Virus record (IMG/VR): IMGVR_UViG_3300010233_001188
Coordinates: 1 to 64,000 of that record
Reading direction: 5' to 3' (one strand)
DNA: 64,000 bases
Source: a virus
Shown here in pieces: positions 1 through 9,641 of this stretch (position 1 is the first letter of the stretch; every line of letters begins with the position of its first letter). A model generated the notes under the pieces. That model was given only the letters and a program-made list of their open reading frames with translations, made no database searches and was not told the DNA's origin. The translations under genes and the position numbers were made by a program.

Positions 1-55
1 GATATACCCAGTTGCCCCCGTTACCAGTATTCTCATAATGTTTCCCCCAAAGCCT
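1..55. repeat. Exact 55-bp inverted repeat of 1862-1916 (left copy, runs to the window edge)
   Basis: Reverse complement of 1-55 is aggctttgggggaaacattatgagaatactggtaacgggggcaactgggtatatc, identical to 1862-1916. Confidence 0.97.
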
Positions 56-590
56 GAGCCATAATATGCATGAGTGATTGATGGCAATCTTCAATCACTC
101 CATAATTACAAGAATCTATATGTAGGTTTATATCAACCATCTTTCTACTGCGCCCGCCATCAAAGCCAGTCATAGCTATGACCGGGATGCCAATATTATA
201 CGCTGAATTGATAGCTTGAATAATATTCTCGGAATTGCCAGAGGATGAAATTGTGATTAGCAGATCACCTTTCCGGGCCATACTCTCAATCTGATAGGAG
301 AAGATGCGCTCAAAGGACAGATCATTGCCGATGGCCGTAATCAATTCTACGGAGTTTGATAGGCTTATCACACGAGGGCTATAGTTTGTCTTTGATCGAA
401 TGCCCTTAGAACAGTCACAAACAAGATGATTGGCTATTGCCGCTGAACCCCCATTCCCACAAGCATAGATCAGATTGTCCGATTTAATCGTATTCCTAAT
501 TAACTCAACAGCCCGTTCTAACTCCTGTTTATTGATGCCTCTTAAAGCTTTGCAAACTTGAGTCGTATACTCATCTATAAACGAGCGCAT
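33..590 (-). CDS. gmhA: Sedoheptulose-7-phosphate isomerase (SIS domain)
   Basis: Motifs CGNGGSAA, TAIGND, ISSSGNSENI, MTGFDGG and IEDCHQ typical of GmhA. Confidence 0.92.
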   Translation of the reverse strand: MRSFIDEYTTQVCKALRGINKQELERAVELIRNTIKSDNLIYACGNGGSAAIANHLVCDCSKGIRSKTNYSPRVISLSNSVELITAIGNDLSFERIFSYQIESMARKGDLLITISSSGNSENIIQAINSAYNIGIPVIAMTGFDGGRSRKMVDINLHIDSCNYGVIEDCHQSLMHIMAQALGETL

Positions 591-704
591 TCAATATCCG
601 CGTCTATTTTTTTCATAGAAACCTGTTAAAATGCATTTGAATAAATACGCATAAGCCATATCCTGCGAAAAATGGAACAATCATGTGTGTAAATATCCAC
701 CAAA

Positions 705-1520
705 TCATTTCAACTCACCCATAGCTTGTTCATAAGTTTCTTTACTTAGGGGACGATAGTGGTACGCAGCACTTCCTTCTGCCGCTGAATAGCCTTTTCC
801 CTTGACCGTGTGAGCTACAATGACGCTGGGTTTGGTTTGCCCTTGGGCTGAAGCAATGGCGGACATCAGTTCTTCCACATTATGCCCATCAACCGAGCTA
901 AGGATGCAGTCCATCCCCCGAACCATGTTGATCCAATTATCGGTTATGACATCATTGACAGGGCCAATACTGCTGATCTTATTGCTATCGATAATAACCA
1001 CAAGGTTCCCTAGATTGTGATGACGGGCTAGAGTAAGGGCCTCGTAGGATACCCCCTCTTGCATCTCGCCATCGCCGCATAGAACCATAACCAGCGGATC
1101 GCGCTCATATGGGTCAAAAAGCTTGTAGGCGGCTTTTTGTGCTTTCAGGCCAAAAGCTATACCTACAGCAATTGGCAAGCCGTGGCCTAACGCTGCGCCT
1201 GTAGAGGCTTCCACAAATGGTACTCGATGATTGGTATGCCCACCAAGATAAGTACCGTCCGTATGGTACGTGTCGATTTGCTTTTTAGAGAGTAGCCCGA
1301 AATGATACATTGTGGCGTAGGTTGCTGCCGCCGCATGACCTTTAGAAATGATAACCCTATCCCTCTGAGCGTCCCCGGCTATGATTTTATTAAGGTCGCT
1401 AGAGGAGTACATCGCAATCAAACACTCAACAGCACTGAGGCTCGGGCCTAAATGCGCGGCCCCGCCTCTATAAAGCATCTCAATAATTGAGCGTCTAATC
1501 GCTTTAGGATCAGGCAGCAT
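705..1520 (-). CDS. Transketolase-like protein, N-terminal ThDP-binding subunit
   Basis: HLGPSLS, SKGHAA, GHGLPIAVG, GDGEMQEG...N and HTVKGKG motifs; start placed at ATG 1520 (ORF track start 1547). Confidence 0.9.
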   Translation of the reverse strand: MLPDPKAIRRSIIEMLYRGGAAHLGPSLSAVECLIAMYSSSDLNKIIAGDAQRDRVIISKGHAAAATYATMYHFGLLSKKQIDTYHTDGTYLGGHTNHRVPFVEASTGAALGHGLPIAVGIAFGLKAQKAAYKLFDPYERDPLVMVLCGDGEMQEGVSYEALTLARHHNLGNLVVIIDSNKISSIGPVNDVITDNWINMVRGMDCILSSVDGHNVEELMSAIASAQGQTKPSVIVAHTVKGKGYSAAEGSAAYHYRPLSKETYEQAMGELK

Positions 1521-1860
1521 GTTCTTCTTTCTGGAAATACTCAACAAGCTCTGCGATACCTTCTTTGATGGATATACGGGGCGTCCAATAATCTAGCATC
1601 TCAAGAGCTTTTGAGATGGAGGGGTTCCTAATGCTTATAGGGGAATCACCTTTAACGATTGTGGGGGTTTTGCCAGAAGCAATCACACTCTGAGCAATGA
1701 TGCCCCCCATAGAAATTAACTCTTGCCCCGCTATGTTAAATATACCGCTATGTCCGATAGATGCCATAATCCCGGCGCATAAATCATTGATGTGGATGAA
1801 CCGCCTAGCGGATTGCAGATTGCCTACTTTGACTTCCGATTTAGTCAGGACATCATGCAC
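1510..1860 (-). pseudogene. C-terminal fragment of an NAD-dependent epimerase/dehydratase, cut at the inverted-repeat junction
   Basis: RRFIHINDL, GIFNIAG and WTPRISIKEGI match the extended-SDR C-terminus; no Rossmann motif; in-frame stop just beyond the 1861/1862 junction. Confidence 0.75.
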
Positions 1861-1861
1861 A

Positions 1862-1916
1862 AGGCTTTGGGGGAAACATTATGAGAATACTGGTAACGGG
1901 GGCAACTGGGTATATC
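1862..1916. repeat. Exact 55-bp inverted repeat of 1-55 (right copy: gmhA 3' end plus epimerase start)
   Basis: Direct sequence comparison. Confidence 0.97.
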
Positions 1917-2912
1917 GGCTCTGTCCTCATGCCCCGCTTACACTGTGTGGATGGACAAGTGTGGGATGTTGTAGGCCTCGATACGGGCTACTTCAGCAAA
2001 TGCAAATTGTGGGAGCCTATAGTTAACTATCCAATTATTCGCAAAGATATCCGCGATGTGATGGTTGAGGATTTACAAGATTTTGACGCTGTTGTACATC
2101 TCGCAGCATTATCCAATGACCCTTTAGGAAATCTTGATCATCGCTGGACGCATGATATCAATTTCGATGGAACCATTCATCTTGCTCAGTGTGCTCGCGC
2201 CGCTGGTATAAAACGGTTTCTCTTCTTTTCGTCTTGCATCATGTATGGGGTTTCAGATGGAGGCGATGTCAATGAAGATTCACCGCTCAACCCACAAACG
2301 GATTATGCCCGCTCAAAAGTTGATGCAGAAAATATGCTTCGCACTATGGCGGATGACGACTTCCACCCCACCTTTATCCGTAACGGTACAATCTATGGAA
2401 GTGCAGCAGCGCAACGTCTTGATACGGTTGTAAACCAATTCGTCGCTGAAGCTATGACACATGGAACTGTTACAGTTCTAAGTGATGGAACGCCTTGGCG
2501 GCCTATCGTGCATGTATGGGATGTGTCTCGCACTGTGCCGGTTTATCTTCAGGCCCCGATTGAAACTATCCATAATCAAGCATTTAACAATGGTGCTGAT
2601 TGGATGAATATGCGCGTGCGAGAAATAGCTGAAGCTGTGGTTAAGGCTATTCCGGGGGCAGTTCTAAAAATTGCATCCGAATCTGGGGCCGATCAGCGTA
2701 CATATAAAGCCAGCTTTGCTAAATTTGCGCGGACATTTCCACAATTCAAGTTTGACTATAGCCTAGATCGCGGAATTGCTGAATTAATGGATATGTTTCA
2801 GCGAACAAGCATTATAAATGAAGACCAATCGAAGTTTGTCCGTTTGTCGCAGCTTAAGCATCTTATTGCTGATAACGAGCTAGATAGTACATTGCGGTGG
2901 ACATATGTTTGA
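1881..2912 (+). CDS. NAD-dependent sugar epimerase/dehydratase (extended SDR)
   Basis: VTGATGYIG Rossmann motif, HLAALSND, YARSK catalytic motif. Confidence 0.92.
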   Translation: MRILVTGATGYIGSVLMPRLHCVDGQVWDVVGLDTGYFSKCKLWEPIVNYPIIRKDIRDVMVEDLQDFDAVVHLAALSNDPLGNLDHRWTHDINFDGTIHLAQCARAAGIKRFLFFSSCIMYGVSDGGDVNEDSPLNPQTDYARSKVDAENMLRTMADDDFHPTFIRNGTIYGSAAAQRLDTVVNQFVAEAMTHGTVTVLSDGTPWRPIVHVWDVSRTVPVYLQAPIETIHNQAFNNGADWMNMRVREIAEAVVKAIPGAVLKIASESGADQRTYKASFAKFARTFPQFKFDYSLDRGIAELMDMFQRTSIINEDQSKFVRLSQLKHLIADNELDSTLRWTYV

Positions 2913-3882
2913 TATTGTTACCGTGCGCACCCCATTACGTATTTCCTTCCTTGGCGGTGGCAGTGATATACCATCATTTTATCACAATAATGGTGGTGGA
3001 GCGGTCCTCTCCACAACTATAGATAAATATATCTACGTCACCGTCAAAAAGCACTCGCCCCTCTTCAAGGAAAGATATAGGCTTAACTACTATAATAGTG
3101 AGCATGTGGATTCTCTTAACGACATCCAAAACGACATCGTTCGCGCCTGCCTTCAACTTATTCCAATTCCCCCCCCAATTTACATTCATACAGTTGGTGA
3201 TCTTCCGACCCGTAGTGGCCTTGGCTCTTCCTCCTCTTTTGCTGTTGGCCTTCTACAAGCCCTCCATGTACTCAAAGGCCACACGCCAACGCCAGAGGAG
3301 TTAGCTCAGGAGGCTTGCAAAGTTGAGCTAGAAATCCTCAACAAACCTATAGGCAAACAGGACCAGTACGCCGCCGCCTTTGGCGGCTTTAATCTAATCC
3401 AATTCCACTCCGACAACCGAGTTAGCACAACTGTACTCGATATGCCCTCTGTTCTTTTCAAGTCAAGTCTATTGTTTTGGACTGGATTGGAGCGTGATGC
3501 GGCCATAATACTCACAGATCAAGTTAAAAATGCTGGAAATAATACCGCCTTTTTAAGCAAAATGCGTGGAGATGCCACCGAATTTGGCACCTCCTTTTGC
3601 AATACCAGCATTAAACCTTTCGCTTTATATCTACAAGAAAACTGGGCTATGAAACGGCAACTCTCTTCCCTTATCAGTACTCCAAAAATTGATGAATGGT
3701 ATAACGCCGCCATGACAGCCGGTGCTCTTGGTGGTAAACTTCTTGGGGCCGGTGGCGGCGGCTTCCTTTACTTTCTAGCGCTACCTGACCGTCACTGTGC
3801 TATTCGGGCTGCCCTCCGGCCTCTATCTGAAGTCAAAGTCGGTTATGAACCGCACGGATCTAAGGTGATTTATAGCGCATGA
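2905..3882 (+). CDS. hddA: GHMP-family sugar kinase, heptose-7-phosphate kinase-like
   Basis: RTPLRISFLGGGSD, PTRSGLGSSS, GKQDQYAAAFGG, GGKLLGAGGGGF. Confidence 0.88.
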   Translation: MFDIVTVRTPLRISFLGGGSDIPSFYHNNGGGAVLSTTIDKYIYVTVKKHSPLFKERYRLNYYNSEHVDSLNDIQNDIVRACLQLIPIPPPIYIHTVGDLPTRSGLGSSSSFAVGLLQALHVLKGHTPTPEELAQEACKVELEILNKPIGKQDQYAAAFGGFNLIQFHSDNRVSTTVLDMPSVLFKSSLLFWTGLERDAAIILTDQVKNAGNNTAFLSKMRGDATEFGTSFCNTSIKPFALYLQENWAMKRQLSSLISTPKIDEWYNAAMTAGALGGKLLGAGGGGFLYFLALPDRHCAIRAALRPLSEVKVGYEPHGSKVIYSA

Positions 3883-4430
3883 AATTCTGCCCCCTCAAGA
3901 TATCCGGTGCTTATACCATCTACATGGAACCAATTACGGATGAACGCGGTTTCTTCGCCAGAGCCTATTGCTCTCAAGAACAAATTGATCATGGGTTAAC
4001 ACCTTACTTCGTTCAAGCTAATAACTCCGTTAGTCGTCAAACAGGCACACTACGGGGCTTCCACTATCAATTAGGCGCTCATGCTGAAGATAAACTTATT
4101 CGCTGTATAGCCGGTAGCATTATTGATGTTATTATTGATTTGCGGCAGCATTCCCCAACTTATCTCAAACACGATTTTGCCTTTCTCAACGCCACGAGGC
4201 GGGATGCTGTCTATATCCCACGAGGTTGTGCTAATGCCATCCTTACCCGTGAACCTAACACAGAACTATTCTATCTTTCGTCTAATTATTACACCCAGTC
4301 GGCTGAACGAGGCATTCGTTGGAACGATCCGGCCTTTGCCATCGATTGGCCGCATGAACCTAAGATTGTATCAGAAAAAGATTCCACTTGGCCTAACTTT
4401 AACAAGGCTTATCACTTAGGTGAAATATGA
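3879..4430 (+). CDS. rmlC: NDP-4-keto-sugar 3,5-epimerase (RmlC cupin family)
   Basis: DERGFF, GTLRGFHYQ, DVIIDLR.SPTY, ERGIRWNDP, SEKD. Confidence 0.92.
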   Translation: MKFCPLKISGAYTIYMEPITDERGFFARAYCSQEQIDHGLTPYFVQANNSVSRQTGTLRGFHYQLGAHAEDKLIRCIAGSIIDVIIDLRQHSPTYLKHDFAFLNATRRDAVYIPRGCANAILTREPNTELFYLSSNYYTQSAERGIRWNDPAFAIDWPHEPKIVSEKDSTWPNFNKAYHLGEI

Positions 4431-5242
4431 GAGCGCTAGTCACTGGAGCTACCGGCTTCATAGGAACACATCTGTGTAAGCGCTTATTAGCAGATGGACA
4501 TGAAGTTACGGCACTATCCCACACCGAACAAGATATACTTGGTTTTGTGGGGAATACTAAACCGGATATAGTTTTTCACCTTGCTACGTACTTCGTCTAT
4601 AATCACCGACCAGATGATATAGAGTCGCTTGTTACAGGAAATATTCTGTTCCCACTCAAGCTTATAGACGCCATGGCTCGATGCGGGGTTAAGCATCTCA
4701 TAAATACAGGTTCAATATGGCAGACTTTGGGGGGAATTAGAAACAACCCGGTGTGTCTTCAATCGGCTACTAAAGATGCCGTTGAAACGCTTATTCGTTT
4801 CTATGCCAACTCTGGGAACCTTGGTGTAATAACGCTACACCTTACAGATACCTACGGACCTAACGACAAGCGCCGTAAGCTATTCACTGTCCTCCACGAA
4901 GCCGCCGATAGCGGGGAAACGCTTAGGATGTCAGAGGGCCAGCAGCAGCTTTCCTTAGTTCATATTGACGACGTTATAGCAGCCTATATTCGAGCCGCTG
5001 AGGAAATAAAAGACTACCGGGCCGCGCACTCTTGCTATGAAGTAAAGGCGAAACCCAGTGAATGGAAATCGTTGCGGGAAATTGTGGAATTATACTCTAC
5101 GATATCTGGGAAGAAGATAAATGTAGAATGGGGGGCAAAGCCGTATAGGGAGCGTGAGCCTATGTTTGTTGAAGGAGTATATTCTAATATAGACGGCTGG
5201 AATCCAAAGATAACGTTAGAAGAGGGATTGGCGACGCTGTGA
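4427..5242 (+). CDS. NAD(P)-dependent sugar epimerase/reductase (extended SDR), atypical active site
   Basis: VTGATGFIG, VFHLA, DTYGP, VHIDDV; the YxxxK position reads QSATK. Confidence 0.85.
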   Translation: MRALVTGATGFIGTHLCKRLLADGHEVTALSHTEQDILGFVGNTKPDIVFHLATYFVYNHRPDDIESLVTGNILFPLKLIDAMARCGVKHLINTGSIWQTLGGIRNNPVCLQSATKDAVETLIRFYANSGNLGVITLHLTDTYGPNDKRRKLFTVLHEAADSGETLRMSEGQQQLSLVHIDDVIAAYIRAAEEIKDYRAAHSCYEVKAKPSEWKSLREIVELYSTISGKKINVEWGAKPYREREPMFVEGVYSNIDGWNPKITLEEGLATL

Positions 5243-5937
5243 CCGTTACCCAAGCAGTTATTCTAGCGGGAGGACGCGGGACAAGGCTGGGGGCGCTAAC
5301 TGATAACTGCCCCAAGCCGATGATTCAATTTCATGGTAAGCCGTTTCTAGCCTATCTCATTGAATATCTGCGAAAACAAGGGTTCACAAAGATATTACTA
5401 CTTTTAGGATATCTGCCTGATATCATTCATGATTATTTTGGTGATGGAACTGGCTTTGGGGTACAGATCAAATATTCTATAAGCCATCTCCATGACGATA
5501 CAGGGCGTAGGCTTTACCTCGCCGGGAATAAGATTAATCCATCATTTCTGTTGACCTATAGCGATAATTACTGTGCGATGAATTTGGATTCCGTAAAAGC
5601 CCAATTCGAACAGGACTATATCCCGTGCATGACGGTTCATACCGGCGCTCATAGAAATAACATAGAAATTGATAGGGATGGCTATGTCATTGACTATGAT
5701 CCTAGCAGAGAAAAGGCCCTATCAAGTGGACTTGATATTGGATTCACATTTCTTAACCGCGATATCATCGATAAGGATTTACGGCACGGTAACGCTAATT
5801 TTGAGAGAATTGTCTACCCCAAGCTTATCAATAGTCGAATGCTTAAAGCTAATATTGTAACTGAACCGTACTATAGCATAGGTTCACCAGAGCGTCTTGT
5901 TAGAACATCACAATTTCTTGCACATATAGGTGGCTAG
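5239..5937 (+). CDS. hddC: Sugar-1-phosphate nucleotidyltransferase (HddC-like)
   Basis: AVILAGGRGTRL...PKPM signature; clustered with gmhA and hddA. Confidence 0.8.
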   Translation: MTVTQAVILAGGRGTRLGALTDNCPKPMIQFHGKPFLAYLIEYLRKQGFTKILLLLGYLPDIIHDYFGDGTGFGVQIKYSISHLHDDTGRRLYLAGNKINPSFLLTYSDNYCAMNLDSVKAQFEQDYIPCMTVHTGAHRNNIEIDRDGYVIDYDPSREKALSSGLDIGFTFLNRDIIDKDLRHGNANFERIVYPKLINSRMLKANIVTEPYYSIGSPERLVRTSQFLAHIGG

Positions 5938-6821
5938 TGCGATCAGCTATACTCAAACAATTACACAAACATTTTGCGGATGATCCATCACTGTTCTTTG
6001 TGACAGCCGATATGGGTTTAGGAAACGTCGAGGTATTCAAAGATTCTTACCCAGATCGCTTCCTTAATGCGGGCATAGCGGAACAGAATGCGGTGGGTAT
6101 ATGTGCTGGATTATGGAATGTGGGCTATCGCCCAATCCTTTATTCCGTGGGGAATTTCTTAGTCCATCGACCCTTTGAGCAGCTTAGAAACGATATAGCG
6201 GCCCAAGAAATCCCTATTATTCTCATTGGCACGACAGCGGGTTATGACAACGCCTCTCTTGGCCCAACGCATCACTTGATCGATGAGTGGGGTTGTATAA
6301 AGAGCCTACCCGGCTTTGAAGTGTATACACCATGGTCGGTTGAATATGCCGAGCAGCTTATAGACAAGGTGCTCAATCGGCATAGGCCCACCTATATCCG
6401 TATTCCTAAAGGCTCCCCATCAATGAGTCTAGTTAAGGACGCACCTATCAGCTATCTTCATAAAGCTGATGGACCATTATTGATTACCTATGGTCCGTTA
6501 GCGGAAGAATGCAGAAAAGTCCACGAGGCTCATCCTGAAGTTTCTGTGCTGGTGATGCACAAGCATTGGCCTATTACGAGTGATTATGTCTTAGGGATTC
6601 TGAACAACTATAAGCGCGGAATCGTTGTCGAGGATCATTTCAAGCATACCGGGCTATATGGCTCCCTCTGCCAATATGTGATGGATAACGGCTTGCGTAT
6701 AAAGCTAGAGAGTGCTGCTCCTCCGCATCACTACGAGCTGATGTCGGCTAAGAACCCAGAATGGTATTGGAAGAAATTTAAGCTAGACAAGGCTGGTCTT
6801 GAAAGACGCCTTGGTTTCTAA
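5937..6821 (+). CDS. Transketolase-like protein, C-terminal (pyrimidine-binding) subunit
   Basis: TADMG, YPDRFLNAGIAEQN, RPFEQLRND, LGPTHH, VVEDH. Confidence 0.9.
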   Translation: MRSAILKQLHKHFADDPSLFFVTADMGLGNVEVFKDSYPDRFLNAGIAEQNAVGICAGLWNVGYRPILYSVGNFLVHRPFEQLRNDIAAQEIPIILIGTTAGYDNASLGPTHHLIDEWGCIKSLPGFEVYTPWSVEYAEQLIDKVLNRHRPTYIRIPKGSPSMSLVKDAPISYLHKADGPLLITYGPLAEECRKVHEAHPEVSVLVMHKHWPITSDYVLGILNNYKRGIVVEDHFKHTGLYGSLCQYVMDNGLRIKLESAAPPHHYELMSAKNPEWYWKKFKLDKAGLERRLGF

Positions 6822-7248
6822 GATGAGGGATCTAGCAAAAAATCAACCACTCGCACTAGACGTTAAAGCTGCCGTAGAGGCATGGATAATGCATATTATA
6901 AATAGTAGGACTACAATTAGCTATAATGAAGAGGGACGTGAGTTTGTAGAAACCCAAGCCAATAATATAGTCTACTCCTTTATAGAGCGCTATAAATCTT
7001 TAAACGAAGAACCTCCGACGCTGTGGAGTACTTTTCGCCCATCTTCAAACTCTCAACTCGTTGTAATGCCGGAAACTGAGATTGAATTGGAAGAAACTAT
7101 CGCTTTCTTGTCCGAGGGTGTCAACAATATACCGCGTCATCTGAATTGCATAACTGATGAAATCCACATTCTGAAATCTCGTTTCTTTGCCATGCGTCCT
7201 AAGCAGTCCGTAGTCGAGTATATATTAGAGCAGAGGGATTGCGCTTAG
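6799..7248 (+). CDS. Hypothetical protein with C-terminal EYILEQRD tag
   Basis: ORF coupled to the previous gene; ends SVVEYILEQRDCA. Confidence 0.7.
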   Translation: MKDALVSKMRDLAKNQPLALDVKAAVEAWIMHIINSRTTISYNEEGREFVETQANNIVYSFIERYKSLNEEPPTLWSTFRPSSNSQLVVMPETEIELEETIAFLSEGVNNIPRHLNCITDEIHILKSRFFAMRPKQSVVEYILEQRDCA

Positions 7249-7330
7249 GGCCTACCGTAATGAACACCATCACTGCTGCTTTAGCCGCGATAGTCATGGT
7301 TATAATTATCATCTTTTCTATGAGGATTAA

Positions 7331-7531
7331 ATGAACGCTGTAGATAGACTATGGGAGATGGAACGCTTGCGGGATTTACGCCAAACAGAAGAGGTTACTA
7401 TCATCCCAACAGCATTACTCGTATGGGCCATAGATGAGATTAGCCATTTGAGGTCAATAAGAACTATAAACGAGGAACCCTATGAATGTGAATGCGGCTG
7501 TCGTATTTGCGAAAAGTGTGAATGCAAATGA
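7331..7531 (+). CDS. Small hypothetical protein with Cys-rich C-terminus
   Basis: GAGGA RBS upstream; ends CECGCRICEKCECK. Confidence 0.6.
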   Translation: MNAVDRLWEMERLRDLRQTEEVTIIPTALLVWAIDEISHLRSIRTINEEPYECECGCRICEKCECK

Positions 7532-8508
7532 CCGGACCTATTCTGTCCATCATCATGCCCTCAAGAAATACCAATAGCAGGGCTTATGCGAATGTCGCAT
7601 CCTTGGCGGACTACGAGAATACTTATATTGAAGCCGTAGTCAGAGATAATTCCGGCATACGCTCGGAATCCGATTGGCCGTCTCATTGCCGTCACTACAT
7701 CCATTCAGTAGCTCCGTGCACACACATGGAAAACCTTATGGAATGCCTCAAGCTCGCCAAGGGTGAATTTGTAACCATGGCTTCCGATGATGACATTATT
7801 TTCCCACGGGGCGTAGAAGCTACGTTTGAGGCGGTGCGCTCTATCACTGACAACAAGCTCTGGGTCGGTTCACACGGCACGTACAGCCTTGAGCAGTCTA
7901 ATGGCTCGCATGGGCTTCACTATCAACACTTAGGCAGCCCACGGGCTTTAGAACGCGTCCAGGGCTATTCTGAGTTCCCTGGACCTAATCTACTGTTCTA
8001 TTCGACCATTAGACGGTCGGTTATGCTGGAATCTATGGAATGGGCGTTTGTCAAGCACCCGCTTAAGACTTCCTTTAATGACCAGCTTTGTGTGCTTTGG
8101 TGGCTACTGAAGGGGCAGTTTAAAGATGTAGGCCGGTTTATCTTTTCCTATGACAATGGTAACTGGGAAAGCATCAACCAAGCGGCTAAGCGCGATGCTG
8201 ATATTGCCGCTATTAGCCATACTCCCAAAGCCGTTACACGGATGCATTGGCTGGCTTGTGGACTTGAGGGGGCTTTACTCGCCAAACGCTTCGGAGAAAT
8301 CGACGCTGGTAAGGTCTGGTTCGATTTGCAGTATAAACGATTCAAGGCCGACATGCGCGATAGCGAGGTTCCAGAGGCAGAAGCATTGGCTAAGAAATGG
8401 CGTGAAGCTAAACGAATTGTGCCTAAGGACATCTTAAGCGACCTGTGCACGCTCATTGCCATGACGGATAAACCCAAAGCAGATGCGTATAAGGAGTTCT
8501 GGGCATGA
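7522..8508 (+). CDS. Glycosyltransferase, GT-A fold (GT2-like)
   Basis: LSIIMPSRN, VVRDNS and AKGEFVTMASDDD (DxD) pattern of family-2 GTs. Confidence 0.8.
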   Translation: MQMTGPILSIIMPSRNTNSRAYANVASLADYENTYIEAVVRDNSGIRSESDWPSHCRHYIHSVAPCTHMENLMECLKLAKGEFVTMASDDDIIFPRGVEATFEAVRSITDNKLWVGSHGTYSLEQSNGSHGLHYQHLGSPRALERVQGYSEFPGPNLLFYSTIRRSVMLESMEWAFVKHPLKTSFNDQLCVLWWLLKGQFKDVGRFIFSYDNGNWESINQAAKRDADIAAISHTPKAVTRMHWLACGLEGALLAKRFGEIDAGKVWFDLQYKRFKADMRDSEVPEAEALAKKWREAKRIVPKDILSDLCTLIAMTDKPKADAYKEFWA

Positions 8509-8556
8509 CGCGGTGTATAGAAATTTAAAATTCCACAACACATCAAGGATCAAATA

Positions 8557-8958
8557 GTGAGCCAACAAAATAATCTCAGTTCCAGTGTCAGTCAGCAAAT
8601 CGACAAGCTTATCCCGGCTTCTCCGCCACAGATACAAATTCCCATTCCGTTCTTTATCGGGTTGGCGCACAATGCTGCTTTCGGGGTACTAGGACGGCAA
8701 TTCCCTACCGCTAAGCTGCTTGTATCCGTGCAATTGGACATCAACGGTAAACGGGAGATATTCAGCGAATCCAACGCCGATGTAGATGAGGCGTTGCTTA
8801 TGATAGACCGCACTAAATCCATGTTCAAGGATATCAAGGCCCGCCAGGTGCCTCAAGGCACAGCAGGACTTGAAGAAGCCCTTACCCAGGAAGAAATCAT
8901 CATTGATGGGGAGCCGGTAGCCGATAAGGATTCCGGTCCAGCAGAATTGGAGCTATAA
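8557..8958 (+). CDS. Hypothetical protein
   Basis: AAGGA RBS, GTG start, last gene before terminator. Confidence 0.6.
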   Translation: MSQQNNLSSSVSQQIDKLIPASPPQIQIPIPFFIGLAHNAAFGVLGRQFPTAKLLVSVQLDINGKREIFSESNADVDEALLMIDRTKSMFKDIKARQVPQGTAGLEEALTQEEIIIDGEPVADKDSGPAELEL

Positions 8959-9077
8959 GAAGCTCTAATATCCCGATGCTCTACCGGGCTTATGCGCTAG
9001 AGCTATTTACGCAAGAAAGGGTCGCTTCCGGCATAGAGAACCAAAAACAGACTCGCTCTCAAAAACACAGCGCGAAG

Positions 9078-9121
9078 GCCCGGCTAGTTCTTATTGATGG
9101 ATTAGCCGGGCTTTCTTATTT
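9078..9121 (+). terminator. Intrinsic terminator ending the plus-strand sugar operon
   Basis: GCCCGGCTA...TAGCCGGGC stem followed by TTTCTTATTT. Confidence 0.7.
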
Positions 9122-9194
9122 GCCATCCCTATGTGTAATGAAAACGCCAGTTTTAAGCCGGACTTAGTGGTAGAAATTTAGGTACGCCCTCGTA

Positions 9195-9236
9195 CAAACA
9201 AAAATACGGCCCCATCGCAATCAAGGATGGAGCCGT
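9195..9236 (-). terminator. Intrinsic terminator ending the minus-strand late operon
   Basis: On minus strand ACGGCTCCATC...GATGGGGCCGT then ATTTTTGTTT. Confidence 0.65.
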
Positions 9237-9267
9237 TGGGGCAAGCTTAGCATTGATGGACTAAGAG

Positions 9268-9465
9268 CTATTCCGTCTTAGTCAATTCGGTATTTATAAC
9301 ATCACTGATGTTTTCCAGCAGAATGGCTATAGCGCTGTCCGCTAGTCTATTGGTTGATATTTCAACTGAAGTAACCTTCCCCGCATCGTCAAACTCAATA
9401 TGGACGAATACGGAGCCTTTGAAATCGCCCTTAATCTTATGTGTAAGGATTTCTGAGCGGGCCAT
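9268..9465 (-). CDS. Small hypothetical protein
   Basis: Co-directional ORF at end of late operon. Confidence 0.55.
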   Translation of the reverse strand: MARSEILTHKIKGDFKGSVFVHIEFDDAGKVTSVEISTNRLADSAIAILLENISDVINTELTKTE

Positions 9466-9641
9466 GAATCCAGACTAGCTTTGGAGAAGAGGAACGGTAG
9501 CTCTACGGATGCACACTGCGAGTTCTTCTTGCAGCCGCAACATAGCCTCCAATGTCAGGTTGAAATTGAAAGCCTCGTTATCATGCAATACCCGTAGATA
9601 CCGGGTAAGGCCGTCATCTACAACATAGACTATAGCGTCTT

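Noticed and set aside
33-8508. Sugar cluster as flanking host chromosome of a prophage
   Set aside because: Contains a protein with the phage's EYILEQRD tag and phage-style small coupled ORFs; no att site or integrase seen
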